Virus record (IMG/VR): IMGVR_UViG_3300033075_001711
Strand: one strand, 5' to 3'
Source of the DNA: an uncultured virus (IMG/VR IMGVR_UViG_3300033075_001711)
Lineage: Duplodnaviria; Heunggongvirae; Uroviricota; Caudoviricetes
DNA length: 64,000 nt
Part shown: one piece after another, positions 46,235-55,643 of the stretch
How the letters are laid out: each line of letters starts with the position of its first letter
How positions within the stretch are numbered: the first letter of the stretch is position 1
The notes under the pieces: generated by a model
What the model was told of the DNA's origin: nothing
The model's input: only the letters and a program-made list of their open reading frames with translations
Databases searched by the model: none
Translations under genes and position numbers: made by a program

Positions 46235-48772
46235 TTAGAGTCGTGGGTCAAGTGATTTTTCTTTATTTTCTTCTTGAACAAAATAGGATAACAATCTAAC
46301 ATATTCCAAATTATCTTTAGTTAGTTTAGAATATGGAATCTCTAGCATTTTATTTCCTAATTCGGCCTCTTTAATTGAAATATTAAGTTTAGATTTAATT
46401 CCTTTTTCTTTGATTAATTTAGAATACTTATCTTTATCTAGGTAATCATATCCATACACTAAAGTTAGATAGTTACTGTTTCTAACTTTCATATATGGAG
46501 CTACACCAGGCCGGTTAAATCTGGGTTTTAAAACAATTCCTTCCATTTTATGCTCTGTAGTTACAGAATGATAAAATTCTCTAGCTTTCAATAAATCTTG
46601 TTCGGAGTTTAGATTTACAACCAAACAAGTATCATTAGAAATTAACCTAAACACTTGCTCAGTGGGCTCATTGTGATACAATCGTTCTTGCCCATTTAAT
46701 ACAAGTTTGAGAATATTAAAGGGTTTAAATTCCACTTCTCCCTCGGACCCAAAAATTTGGAGTTGTTCTTTATAGACATCTAAATATTTTTGTTGAGAAT
46801 CTAAATCTGTTTTTTTAACATTTCTGAGATTCATATATGTTTCATATTTAGAGCCATATTTAGAAAGTAATCCTTTTTTAGGCATGTTGTTAACATCACT
46901 CAAAAACCCTGAATTTTGCATTTCAACAAAACTAGAATCATATTGTGAATTAAACTCAAACTCTTGTAAAGTTTTTAGTTCAGACTCTACTCCGAACTCA
47001 ACTGCTTTAAAAGTTTGATCAATTAATCCTTTACCTAACACACTCCAAGGACATAATTCCCCATCTAGAACAATTAAATCATAAAACATTCCTTGAAAAT
47101 TTTCTGCTAATTTTTCATAGATTTTATTTAGTTCTGGTACATTTTTAATAACAAAACCATTTCTAGACACAGCATATGAATTTGCGATGTCCTTGAAAAG
47201 GTAAATGTTACATCTACTGCCCATATATTTTTTCTGAATAACAATTTCAGAAATACCTTTTGATTTAAAATACTCAAATCCTTTGTCTAATGACTCAAGA
47301 ATATTTGTATCTAAATCTTTGTCGGCTGGGCACATAGTTCCTGAAATAAAATTGATTTTGTTTTTGATGTAGGAATCAATTTTCTTTTGTTCAGTAGGAT
47401 CTAAAGTAGACAAATCTACTTCATTCTTTTTAAACAAAGAAATGAAAGATTTGTCTACTTTAGGTAAAATGCTTTGAACAGAACTCCAGAAAAGTTTTCC
47501 TTCTGGAGTAACAGATAAACAAGTTAACTCATTACCATAAACACATCCAGTATCAATGCCAAACTTGTTTTTATGAACTAGTTTGCGTTCAAATGTAATG
47601 TGTCCAAAAACATGGTAAGGATAACTTTGTTCACTATCTTGTCTTAAAAAATCAAAAATTTTGTCATAATCAAGATTTTCCTCTCTTGCAACTACAAAAT
47701 TACGTTGAGATTTAATCGCTTTTCCATTAACTTTTCCAAGATATTTATTGAGACATGGAGCATGTGTAACAATAAATTGTTTTGTTCTAACAAAAGGATA
47801 TGAAATATCCACTAATTGTTTTAACAAATTTACTTTATCTTGAAATTCAGGAATGGAAGTGAAATAGGACTTCTCTAGTTCATCAGAAACTTTTGTAAAT
47901 TTAGGCACTGTAAGCCTTTGGAATACATAATTTTCATGATTTCCTAGAACAAAAATGCAATGTTCTTGATTGTTTAAAACAAACTCAACCACTTGTACAG
48001 AGTCTGTCCCTTTATCAATAATGTCTCCTAGAAAAATAACTTTTGTGTTAGCTGGAGCAGAAACAATTTTTCCTCTCTCAACCTTAAAATTATTTTTTTC
48101 TAGAAGATTAATCATGTCCTGATAACAACCATGAACATCCCCAAAAATTTTGTAGTCCAAAGAACTATCTAAAAAATTTCTTAAATAGTTCTTTACATTA
48201 GAAATAGAAACTTGAATATTTTCAAAATCTGGAGTTTTAATTTTATGAATTTTGTTGAAAGATTTCCTATCCAAATTTTTATAAACTTCAGTTCTTAATC
48301 TTTCTACATGTTTTACTACAACACGTTTTGGAATTGAGGGGTCCAGGTGGGCAAAAAATTCAGAGGTATTCTCATAATCAAAAATCAACATCTCAAGATT
48401 ATATTGATTTTCTAAAGCAATACTAGCAATTTTATCTCTGAATTCTTTGTTAAGACCTGTGGTATCTACAATAACAAAATCAGCATTAATAGGAAAACTT
48501 GTAACCTGATTAAGTTTAGAATAGAGAGTGTCATAAGCAAGTTTAGAGGCTTGCAACATTAGAGGGTCGCCTTTTTCAGAAGTATACCCTAGAAGGTCTG
48601 CTCTAATTTGATCCGAAGAGATATGTTGAATATTTGCCTTATGATTAGGGGAAGTGAAAAGATTCTGTAGTTGTGGGATTAGGAAATTTGTTGTAAAATG
48701 GGTTTTACCTGAACAAGAAGGCCCAACTAACAACAACACTGTTTGTGGTTTAGTCTCTAGCTCTAGTGACAT
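46235..48772 (-). CDS. pnkp: Bacterial-type Pnkp: kinase + metallophosphoesterase + RNA ligase
   Basis: GPSCSGKT, VDTT; GDVHG, GDIIDKG, GNHE, FGH, IDTGCVYG; KKYMGSR, LDGEL, EGIVLKP, MKVR. ATG at 48772 has a GGAG SD. Confidence 0.92.
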   Translation of the reverse strand: MSLELETKPQTVLLLVGPSCSGKTHFTTNFLIPQLQNLFTSPNHKANIQHISSDQIRADLLGYTSEKGDPLMLQASKLAYDTLYSKLNQVTSFPINADFVIVDTTGLNKEFRDKIASIALENQYNLEMLIFDYENTSEFFAHLDPSIPKRVVVKHVERLRTEVYKNLDRKSFNKIHKIKTPDFENIQVSISNVKNYLRNFLDSSLDYKIFGDVHGCYQDMINLLEKNNFKVERGKIVSAPANTKVIFLGDIIDKGTDSVQVVEFVLNNQEHCIFVLGNHENYVFQRLTVPKFTKVSDELEKSYFTSIPEFQDKVNLLKQLVDISYPFVRTKQFIVTHAPCLNKYLGKVNGKAIKSQRNFVVAREENLDYDKIFDFLRQDSEQSYPYHVFGHITFERKLVHKNKFGIDTGCVYGNELTCLSVTPEGKLFWSSVQSILPKVDKSFISLFKKNEVDLSTLDPTEQKKIDSYIKNKINFISGTMCPADKDLDTNILESLDKGFEYFKSKGISEIVIQKKYMGSRCNIYLFKDIANSYAVSRNGFVIKNVPELNKIYEKLAENFQGMFYDLIVLDGELCPWSVLGKGLIDQTFKAVEFGVESELKTLQEFEFNSQYDSSFVEMQNSGFLSDVNNMPKKGLLSKYGSKYETYMNLRNVKKTDLDSQQKYLDVYKEQLQIFGSEGEVEFKPFNILKLVLNGQERLYHNEPTEQVFRLISNDTCLVVNLNSEQDLLKAREFYHSVTTEHKMEGIVLKPRFNRPGVAPYMKVRNSNYLTLVYGYDYLDKDKYSKLIKEKGIKSKLNISIKEAELGNKMLEIPYSKLTKDNLEYVRLLSYFVQEENKEKSLDPRL

Positions 48773-48794
48773 AGGTGTTTCTCCAATCTCTCCT

Positions 48795-48823
48795 CTAATA
48801 ACATCAAACTTTGGTTTTGTCAA
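48795..48823 (-). promoter_or_regulatory. Sigma70-type promoter of pnkp-hen1
   Basis: TTGACA-17 nt-TATTAG with extended TG. Confidence 0.6.
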
Positions 48824-48833
48824 TAGGGAGGAT

Positions 48834-49007
48834 TTAAATTAACAATTTTCGAAGATAGTTTTTATCTTTGGTTATGATAGGCATTTCACGATCTGTGATC
48901 CAAAGATTTCTTTCATATTTTAAACCATCTTTTTCAAATTCTTGTGTTGTTTTATAAAAAGCAGTTCCACGTTTAAGGTGAGTTTCTAGATTATTCCAAT
49001 TTATTTT
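48834..49007 (-). pseudogene. 3' remnant of a Thg1-like (tRNA-His guanylyltransferase) gene
   Basis: Startless frame KINWNNLETHLKRGTAFYK...RNLWITDREMPIITKDKNYLRKLLI matches the recalled Thg1 C-terminal pattern INWN-x6-KRG...W-x2-D-x3-P. Confidence 0.7.
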
Positions 49008-49947
49008 TTATTTTTCGCATCCACTTATTTCCGGCACTTGCTATATTGTCCTCTGTTTTCTCATTATAAATTGCAGCTATTTCTTTCCAAGTTTTATTTT
49101 CTTCTCTAAGAATTGAGATATGTTTTAATTGATCTTCAGAAAATTTTATTTCATATTTATCCCTACCCGGAACATATATTTTTATTTTTTTTAAATGATA
49201 TCGGACTAAACTATGATCACAACCTATTGTTTTTGATATTTTATATATAGAAAAACTTTTATTATATAACTCACAAATTTCAATGATTTCATCCTGAGTT
49301 AAGTGTTTTACAGTATTGTTTTTATATTTTAAACTTTTATATTCTCGATAGTTCCACCTGTATTTGTAACATTCCACTGGACAATTTCCAATATATTTTA
49401 GAAATTTTTCACTATGTTTTCTTGGAATAATAATTATAGGTTGATTTTTTTTCTTGTCAACGTATATTTTTGGTTCCAATTCAGATAGTTGTGGAGATAT
49501 TATATTCACAAGCTCTTGTTCTTTAAAACAATTTGTTGCTATACCTAAACTACTATATTTTTTATCTATATAACCATCCCCTAAATACAAAAATAAACAA
49601 TTTGCCGGAGTTAATATTAAATTTTTTGGGATTTTAGTTTTTTTACCGTTTTCATACCATTCCGAATATATTTTAGTATACTCATAGTTAACTTTTGTGT
49701 TAAAATAGTATCTTGAATATTCTTTCTGAGTTCTTTTATCAAAATATGAAACGTGTTTTATCACATAATTAAAATTATGAAATTGATTGTATACAAATTG
49801 AACTGCTTCTTTATATTTTGAGGTATAGGAAAAATATGGTGTTTTACACCTAGGAGCTAGATGAAGGCAACCATCTCCCAATAGACACCCTTCTAAAACT
49901 TCTCTCTCGTACTGTGTTAACATATAATAATTTCTATTAAAAAACAC
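48991..49947 (-). CDS. LAGLIDADG homing endonuclease with C-terminal HTH
   Basis: VLEGCLLGDGCL and LFLYLGDGYI; SIYKISKTIGCDHSLVRYHLKK. Confidence 0.9.
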   Translation of the reverse strand: MFFNRNYYMLTQYEREVLEGCLLGDGCLHLAPRCKTPYFSYTSKYKEAVQFVYNQFHNFNYVIKHVSYFDKRTQKEYSRYYFNTKVNYEYTKIYSEWYENGKKTKIPKNLILTPANCLFLYLGDGYIDKKYSSLGIATNCFKEQELVNIISPQLSELEPKIYVDKKKNQPIIIIPRKHSEKFLKYIGNCPVECYKYRWNYREYKSLKYKNNTVKHLTQDEIIEICELYNKSFSIYKISKTIGCDHSLVRYHLKKIKIYVPGRDKYEIKFSEDQLKHISILREENKTWKEIAAIYNEKTEDNIASAGNKWMRKIKNKLE

Positions 49948-50317
49948 TGCCTACTAATAATATACAAATCTCCTTTACTTAAGATTCAAACATAATGTTG
50001 TTAAAAATAACTCTCAAATTTTTTAATTCTGGGGCATTAAATTCATCTAACATTGTTTGAAACACCATAGGTAAATACATCTGAATATTTTCTTTATTAA
50101 TAGTATTGTCCACGACTAAACAGAGATGTTGGCACTCCATTTTTTTAGATGCTGTTTGAGCTAAAAGACCCTTCATTGTATTAAAAACATACTCTTTTCG
50201 GTCTGCATTATGAGTGGGCTTGTTACGGAACAGCTTGTAAATTTCAGTAAAAAAATTAACTAGTTTTTGTTGAAATACGTTTTTCATTTTTTAGCTCCTA
50301 TATTTTGTAACTCTTTT

Positions 50318-50346
50318 TATTTAACTCTAAAAAATGAAGTTGTCAA
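50318..50346 (-). promoter_or_regulatory. Sigma70-type promoter
   Basis: TTGACA-17 nt-TAAATA, then AGGAG SD. Confidence 0.55.
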
Positions 50347-50420
50347 GTAGGTGTTGGAAAATTTTTTGTTTAATAGTTTTAAATGTTAGTAAAAACTATT
50401 TTTGAGAACACTTTGAATCT

Positions 50421-50999
50421 ATGGATAAAATAGCAATAAAAAATATAATAAGTAAAAGATTAGAAATGGTTAAAAAATCTTTTGATGCAAGAACAATTGA
50501 TTTTTTAATTGCGAGTATTTTAAAAACAAAACACCAATTTATAGAGCAAATCGGAGGTGGACAAGCACAGGCAACTTTAAAAATAAATGGAGTGGATGTT
50601 TTTGTTTGTAAAATAAGTCGAATGAGTGCTACAACTGGAAGTGAAATATCTGATCCTGTTATAGTTAACATACTCGCTATGCAATCTCCAGAATTGACTT
50701 TAGAAACTGGGGGTCAAAACACAATGTCGCAAATAAATGATCTAAATAAACTATCACATTTGTTTGGACTAATTGTTGTTAGATTAATAATGAAAGCAAA
50801 TCCTAAAATTAAAGAATTTAAGAAACTATTTTTTAAAGTGGTAGGAAAAACAGATATAAAATTAATGCAAGGTTTTGATTTAAAATTAGAAGATGGAAAT
50901 AATAAAGTTTATTCTGTAACTAATTTAGCAGTCCAAACTAATACATTAGCAAAAAAATTGGATCAACTAAAATTAGTTGCTCCTGCCCAAGCTGCTTAA
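50421..50999 (+). CDS. Hypothetical protein
   Basis: 192 aa isolated plus-strand ORF. Confidence 0.65.
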   Translation: MDKIAIKNIISKRLEMVKKSFDARTIDFLIASILKTKHQFIEQIGGGQAQATLKINGVDVFVCKISRMSATTGSEISDPVIVNILAMQSPELTLETGGQNTMSQINDLNKLSHLFGLIVVRLIMKANPKIKEFKKLFFKVVGKTDIKLMQGFDLKLEDGNNKVYSVTNLAVQTNTLAKKLDQLKLVAPAQAA

Positions 51000-51926
51000 T
51001 CTCATCCAAGAAACAACTTGAATAGCTGAAGATCCACTGTCTATATATTGTTGGGCAGTGGATTTATTTATTATTCCACCACAACCAATTATTTCAATTT
51101 TAGAATTAAAATTTTTAATTTTTTCTATTTTTTTAAAATTTCTTTTTCTTAATTCAGCACAATCCCCTGACACTCCGCCTGGTAAATTCGATAAATTATA
51201 TTTATTTTTTATATAATTATTTTTAGTTGTGTTTCCTACAATTAACCCAACGTTATTATACATAGAAATTAGCTCTAAAATTTTAAACAGAAATTTATTA
51301 GGAATGTCCGGGGATATTTTTATAAATAGTGGTTTTTTAGAATTACAAGAATAGTGTTTTAATAACTCAGGTAAATCAATTATATTTTTAGAATTAATGT
51401 TTGGGCAAGATATGTTTAAAGTATAATATTTTATATGTTTTAATAATTCTAAATATGATACCATATGAAAAAATTCAACCATTTCTTCGGTGTATAAATT
51501 TACACCTATGGGAGAAAAATTATAATTTTCTATATTATAATATATTGAAGGAAATCCTTCTGAGGGTAAACCTAAATTATTTACTATTTTATTTTTAATT
51601 ACCCATTGTCTAGGTAAACTATTTCCAGAATTAGGATAAAATAATACCGAGCCTATTTCAATGGCTCCGAAATTAAATAATTTATGGAGAGTGTTTGTAC
51701 ACTCTCCATTTTTATCCCAACCTGCACCTAAAATAACAGGATTTTGTAATTCCATTCCATATATATTTATAGGAATATTTGGTAATAAATTATGTTGAAA
51801 ACAGTTTTTTAATATATTTAAAATTCTTTTTTTGTTATTTAAAAATTTAAATCCTGTTTTGATTTGATTATGTGTTTGTTCTGAATCAAATTTATTTAGA
51901 ATCTTTTCTATTATCTGATGAAGCAT
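50973..51926 (-). CDS. pyrD: Dihydroorotate dehydrogenase (class 2-like), C-terminus clipped
   Basis: NPVILGAGWDKNG, IEIGSV, NISCPN, KISPD, NTT, GGVSG, IIGCGGI, AIQV. Confidence 0.88.
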   Translation of the reverse strand: MLHQIIEKILNKFDSEQTHNQIKTGFKFLNNKKRILNILKNCFQHNLLPNIPINIYGMELQNPVILGAGWDKNGECTNTLHKLFNFGAIEIGSVLFYPNSGNSLPRQWVIKNKIVNNLGLPSEGFPSIYYNIENYNFSPIGVNLYTEEMVEFFHMVSYLELLKHIKYYTLNISCPNINSKNIIDLPELLKHYSCNSKKPLFIKISPDIPNKFLFKILELISMYNNVGLIVGNTTKNNYIKNKYNLSNLPGGVSGDCAELRKRNFKKIEKIKNFNSKIEIIGCGGIINKSTAQQYIDSGSSAIQVVSWMRLSSLGRSN

Positions 51927-53154
51927 TAAGTTCCCGTTTTTTACTAGTTTTGTCTAGAAATTTTTGAGCATTATTAGATTTAGATAAAAGAAAAGCGCCC
52001 AAACCTAGATACAACATATCGAGATAGTTTGTTTCAGTTTTAATTTCTGTAGTAGTAATATTTGTGTTTGTGAGTTCTTTTGTAACAAAATCAGGTAAAG
52101 TATTATTTTTAGCATATTCTTCAGTTATAATTATTCTTTCATCATCATTTTTCAATGTTAAAAGAAAAACAGGATATGTAGTATCTGTATTTAGATCTTT
52201 AGCAATAATAATATTTTTATTTTTTGGGTCATGATTTAATACTTTTACATATTTATTTTTTGATTTATTAAAATAAATATTTCCTATTTTAAATGCTGCT
52301 AACCTATTTTTACTTTTAATAAAAGAATCAGATTTAATATAATTATATTCTAGGTCATAATCTTCGGCGTTTAATTTTCTAAAATTACATAAAGTGTTGA
52401 GAAAATTATTATCTATTTCTACTGGAAATTTTGAATTTAAACTAATAACTTTAAAAGTTTTTATTTTATTATCTTGTATATTTTCAATATAACCTATTCC
52501 ATAAGTAGTGTCAATGTTATTATGGGTAAAAAATACTAAATCTTTATTCATAAATATATGTTCATTTTGTCTAAACATTTTAGATAAATGTGGAAAATCT
52601 TTGTTCATAATTTTTATAGTTTGCTCAGATAAATTATTTTCTTTTAGTCTTTTTTGAATATAAAAAGTATCTATTTCTGTTTCTGTTAAAGGATTAAAAT
52701 CACCAAACATTTTAAGAGGATAAGATATACTTATATTATTAAAATGTTTATTTTCGTGATAAATTGTATCTACTTCTATGAACTGGTTGTTAATACTAGA
52801 TATTTTAAAATAAATTCCATTTTTTTCAATATATTTATTTTTTGTAAAAAATTTATTTTTGTATTCTTCAACAGATTTATTTATTTCTGTACTGGTTTTA
52901 AGTAAACCCGCTAGATATGTTTTATCTGTTTTATCAAAAGTTAAAAAACTACATTTATAATTTTTAAATTCTTCCCAATTTAGAGTTTGTGTTGTGAGTA
53001 AATTATTTTCAGAATCTATGGTTTCGTAGCCTAGAATTTTAAATTTTACTGTTTTTAAATTGTCTTTATTTGTTTTTTCTTTTATTTGTATAATTCCTTT
53101 AACGGAATTTTTTTCAAAATAATATAACTGATTTGAAAGAGACTCAAAATCCAT
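51892..53154 (-). CDS. SH3/KOW-like repeat protein with C-terminal hydrophobic tail
   Basis: FKIGNIYFNKSKNKYVKVL module; Thr-rich linker; tail LDMLYLGLGAFLLSKSNN. Confidence 0.7.
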   Translation of the reverse strand: MDFESLSNQLYYFEKNSVKGIIQIKEKTNKDNLKTVKFKILGYETIDSENNLLTTQTLNWEEFKNYKCSFLTFDKTDKTYLAGLLKTSTEINKSVEEYKNKFFTKNKYIEKNGIYFKISSINNQFIEVDTIYHENKHFNNISISYPLKMFGDFNPLTETEIDTFYIQKRLKENNLSEQTIKIMNKDFPHLSKMFRQNEHIFMNKDLVFFTHNNIDTTYGIGYIENIQDNKIKTFKVISLNSKFPVEIDNNFLNTLCNFRKLNAEDYDLEYNYIKSDSFIKSKNRLAAFKIGNIYFNKSKNKYVKVLNHDPKNKNIIIAKDLNTDTTYPVFLLTLKNDDERIIITEEYAKNNTLPDFVTKELTNTNITTTEIKTETNYLDMLYLGLGAFLLSKSNNAQKFLDKTSKKRELNASSDNRKDSK

Positions 53155-53220
53155 TTATCTTCACCTTTATTAGTTGATTGCTATGATATAATAATAGTTA
53201 GTTAAAATTGTAAATGTGTT

Positions 53221-54108
53221 ATGATTATAGTATCTAAAAACCCAAATAACAAAAAGCTTTTTGAACATTTTGCTCAGTATATTAAAGAGCAAGTATTATC
53301 ACAACATAGGTTATGGCATTTAATAGACTGTGTTATCTACCTAGATAGTAATACAACTTATTATGATCCAAAACAAGATCAAATTAATATATTTTACCCT
53401 GATTTTATATATTATATAGCTAATTTTAAAAATTCTACACTTGACCATTATTTTCTTACACTTTTTTTACATATTTTAGGGGAGAGATTTTATATCAATT
53501 TTCTGAGTTTAAAACAGAAAGAATATATAATTTCTATTTATCCGTATTTTCCTAAAAAGAATTTTAAAGTTAACGCTCCAATTTCTGTTTTTGCTTTTTT
53601 GTTTCAAAATTTTATAATGAACTGTTTAGATGAACAATTTTATGATTCTTGGAATACGTTAGCTAAATTAGGTAGCGATACTTCTGATTCCAAACCTAAT
53701 TTAGATTTCAAAATATTCATTTACGAAAGTAATGGTAGAATTTCATTCACTTCTTTAGGAAACAATCTTGAGCCTTCTGAAAATGATTTATCCGGTTTTG
53801 TAGTTATACAGAAAAGTGCATGTGGTGATTATTATTGTTTACATTATGTAGATGGTTTAAACACAAAATTACTTTTAGATTTAGCTTTAGAATGGTCTTC
53901 TTTTTTTGCTAAAGGATTAGTTGCGGATAAAAATTACACTTCTAAAGAATCTTTAGTATTTTTTAAAAATCTTTTTCTATCTGATAGCGTGGTAAAAAAA
54001 GATTTGGACCAAACATATAATTGTGGTTTTGATAAAAAATATACTTTTTTGAATAAAGTATATTCCAAACCTATTTATTTTTTAAAAATTTTTGAGTTAC
54101 ATATATGA
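53221..54108 (+). CDS. Hypothetical protein, possibly degenerate zincin + GNAT
   Basis: HILGERFY resembles a decayed HExxH; LLLDLALEW...GLVAD resembles GNAT. Confidence 0.4.
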   Translation: MIIVSKNPNNKKLFEHFAQYIKEQVLSQHRLWHLIDCVIYLDSNTTYYDPKQDQINIFYPDFIYYIANFKNSTLDHYFLTLFLHILGERFYINFLSLKQKEYIISIYPYFPKKNFKVNAPISVFAFLFQNFIMNCLDEQFYDSWNTLAKLGSDTSDSKPNLDFKIFIYESNGRISFTSLGNNLEPSENDLSGFVVIQKSACGDYYCLHYVDGLNTKLLLDLALEWSSFFAKGLVADKNYTSKESLVFFKNLFLSDSVVKKDLDQTYNCGFDKKYTFLNKVYSKPIYFLKIFELHI

Positions 54109-55001
54109 TATCTCCAGATAAAATTTTAGATATTTTTGATAAATTTAAAGTTAGGTTTTTAAATTTAGAATACCCTTACGCTATTAAAGATAAAGAGCGT
54201 GAAAGTTTGGTTGTTTTTTTAAAAAAATTTAATACTTTAAAAAACTTTTTTTCTGATTTTCAAAAAAAAGTAGCTAGTTTTTGTGAGTATAATGAATTGG
54301 GTAATTTTGATTTTGACCCGAATTTAATTTTTCCTGAAAAAGATGGAGTTCCTTTAGTAGATAAATTTTTTAAATCTAAAAAATATCTTTTTGATTATGA
54401 ATCAAATTTAAAAAAACTGTTTAGTGAATTTATCCCCGAGGGTCCGGATTTAACTAAAAAATTAGAATCAGTAGGATTTACTAAACATTTAGATGAAAAT
54501 TTAAATTCTATAGAAGATATAGCATCTTTTTATTTTGATAATTTATCAGAAAGTTTAAAAATAGAGTGGGATGATATTGTAAAGTATAGTAGTTTTAAAG
54601 TTACATCAGAAAATATTGATTCTTTTTTTGCTAAATTTTTAAGTGATTTTAGTATAGGTATTGGAAAATTAAGAAATAATATATTGGATTCTGATTTAAA
54701 TAAATTTGGTAAATTATTTTGTATTCATTTAAATGAAAGATATCCAAAATTTAATATTTCAGACAATAAAGATAAAAATGTAAATTACTACAAAAAATAT
54801 CTATCTGAAAATCTTAAAGATAAAGACTTTACTTTGGATTATTTTTTAAGTAAAAACAAAGAAGATTCAAGACAAGCTTTTATTTTTTGTTTTGAAAAAT
54901 TTGTGGATCATGGTTTAAAATCTTTGGGTTTGTTAGGACAGTATTTTTTTAAAAAATATGTACACTCTGGAAAATATGACGCATTGATTCAGAAAAATTA
55001 A
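54105..55001 (+). CDS. Hypothetical protein
   Basis: 298 aa ORF with ATGA coupling. Confidence 0.65.
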   Translation: MISPDKILDIFDKFKVRFLNLEYPYAIKDKERESLVVFLKKFNTLKNFFSDFQKKVASFCEYNELGNFDFDPNLIFPEKDGVPLVDKFFKSKKYLFDYESNLKKLFSEFIPEGPDLTKKLESVGFTKHLDENLNSIEDIASFYFDNLSESLKIEWDDIVKYSSFKVTSENIDSFFAKFLSDFSIGIGKLRNNILDSDLNKFGKLFCIHLNERYPKFNISDNKDKNVNYYKKYLSENLKDKDFTLDYFLSKNKEDSRQAFIFCFEKFVDHGLKSLGLLGQYFFKKYVHSGKYDALIQKN

Positions 55002-55043
55002 ATTTATATACACACAACCTTTTTATTTAGAGAGGCTTATTAT

Positions 55044-55643
55044 ATGCAATATATAGAGTTGTTGACATTTTACAGAAATAAAAAAGATAAAAAGTCTTTA
55101 TTTATTTTAAACAAAAAATCAGTAAAAATTTGGTTTGATAAAATCGCCACGTTTTCGGGCCTTTATAAAAAAATAGTGTTAAATATCACAGAATGTTTAA
55201 CACACCCTCTCATATTATCAAATTTGAATAAAATAGGTTTTTTTAGATTTAACTATTTATCTGGAAATTTAATTAAATTAAATCACATGTTTCTGGATAT
55301 CTCTAAACAAGATTTTAATGTTTTGAAGTCAAAGATAGAAAATAAATTTGAAATTGAAGATTTTGGGATGTTAATTGTTAACAAAAATAAACTGAAATTT
55401 ATTTTGCTTGCCATGCTTTATTTTATAAAGTTCAATATTTTTATACCAACAATTCAAATTTTGAATAAATTTTTAAATCCAGTTAGTTATTTTCAATTCA
55501 TAGAATTATTACTGTTTAACCAAAAACAGATGTTTTTAGAATTTAAAACTGCATATAAACTGTTTCAATCTAATAAAAAGATTATATCTACACTAGATGT
55601 AGAAACACAGAATAATTTTTTAAAATATGTTAGTATGGTGTAA
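55044..55643 (+). CDS. Hypothetical protein
   Basis: 199 aa ORF with GAGG SD. Confidence 0.6.
   Translation: MQYIELLTFYRNKKDKKSLFILNKKSVKIWFDKIATFSGLYKKIVLNITECLTHPLILSNLNKIGFFRFNYLSGNLIKLNHMFLDISKQDFNVLKSKIENKFEIEDFGMLIVNKNKLKFILLAMLYFIKFNIFIPTIQILNKFLNPVSYFQFIELLLFNQKQMFLEFKTAYKLFQSNKKIISTLDVETQNNFLKYVSMV

Larger units (their letters stand above)
274..53154 (-). other. Early/accessory region of a jumbo-phage-like genome: long arrays of short co-oriented hypothetical genes
   Basis: Dozens of abutting or overlapping 60-250 aa minus-strand ORFs with GGAG SD sites, repeated sigma70 promoters, homing endonucleases and RNA-repair genes; no cellular housekeeping operons. Confidence 0.8.

Noticed and set aside
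48773..48823. TTG start for Pnkp given in the ORF track
   Set aside because: That TTG is the promoter -35 box; ATG 48772 has the SD
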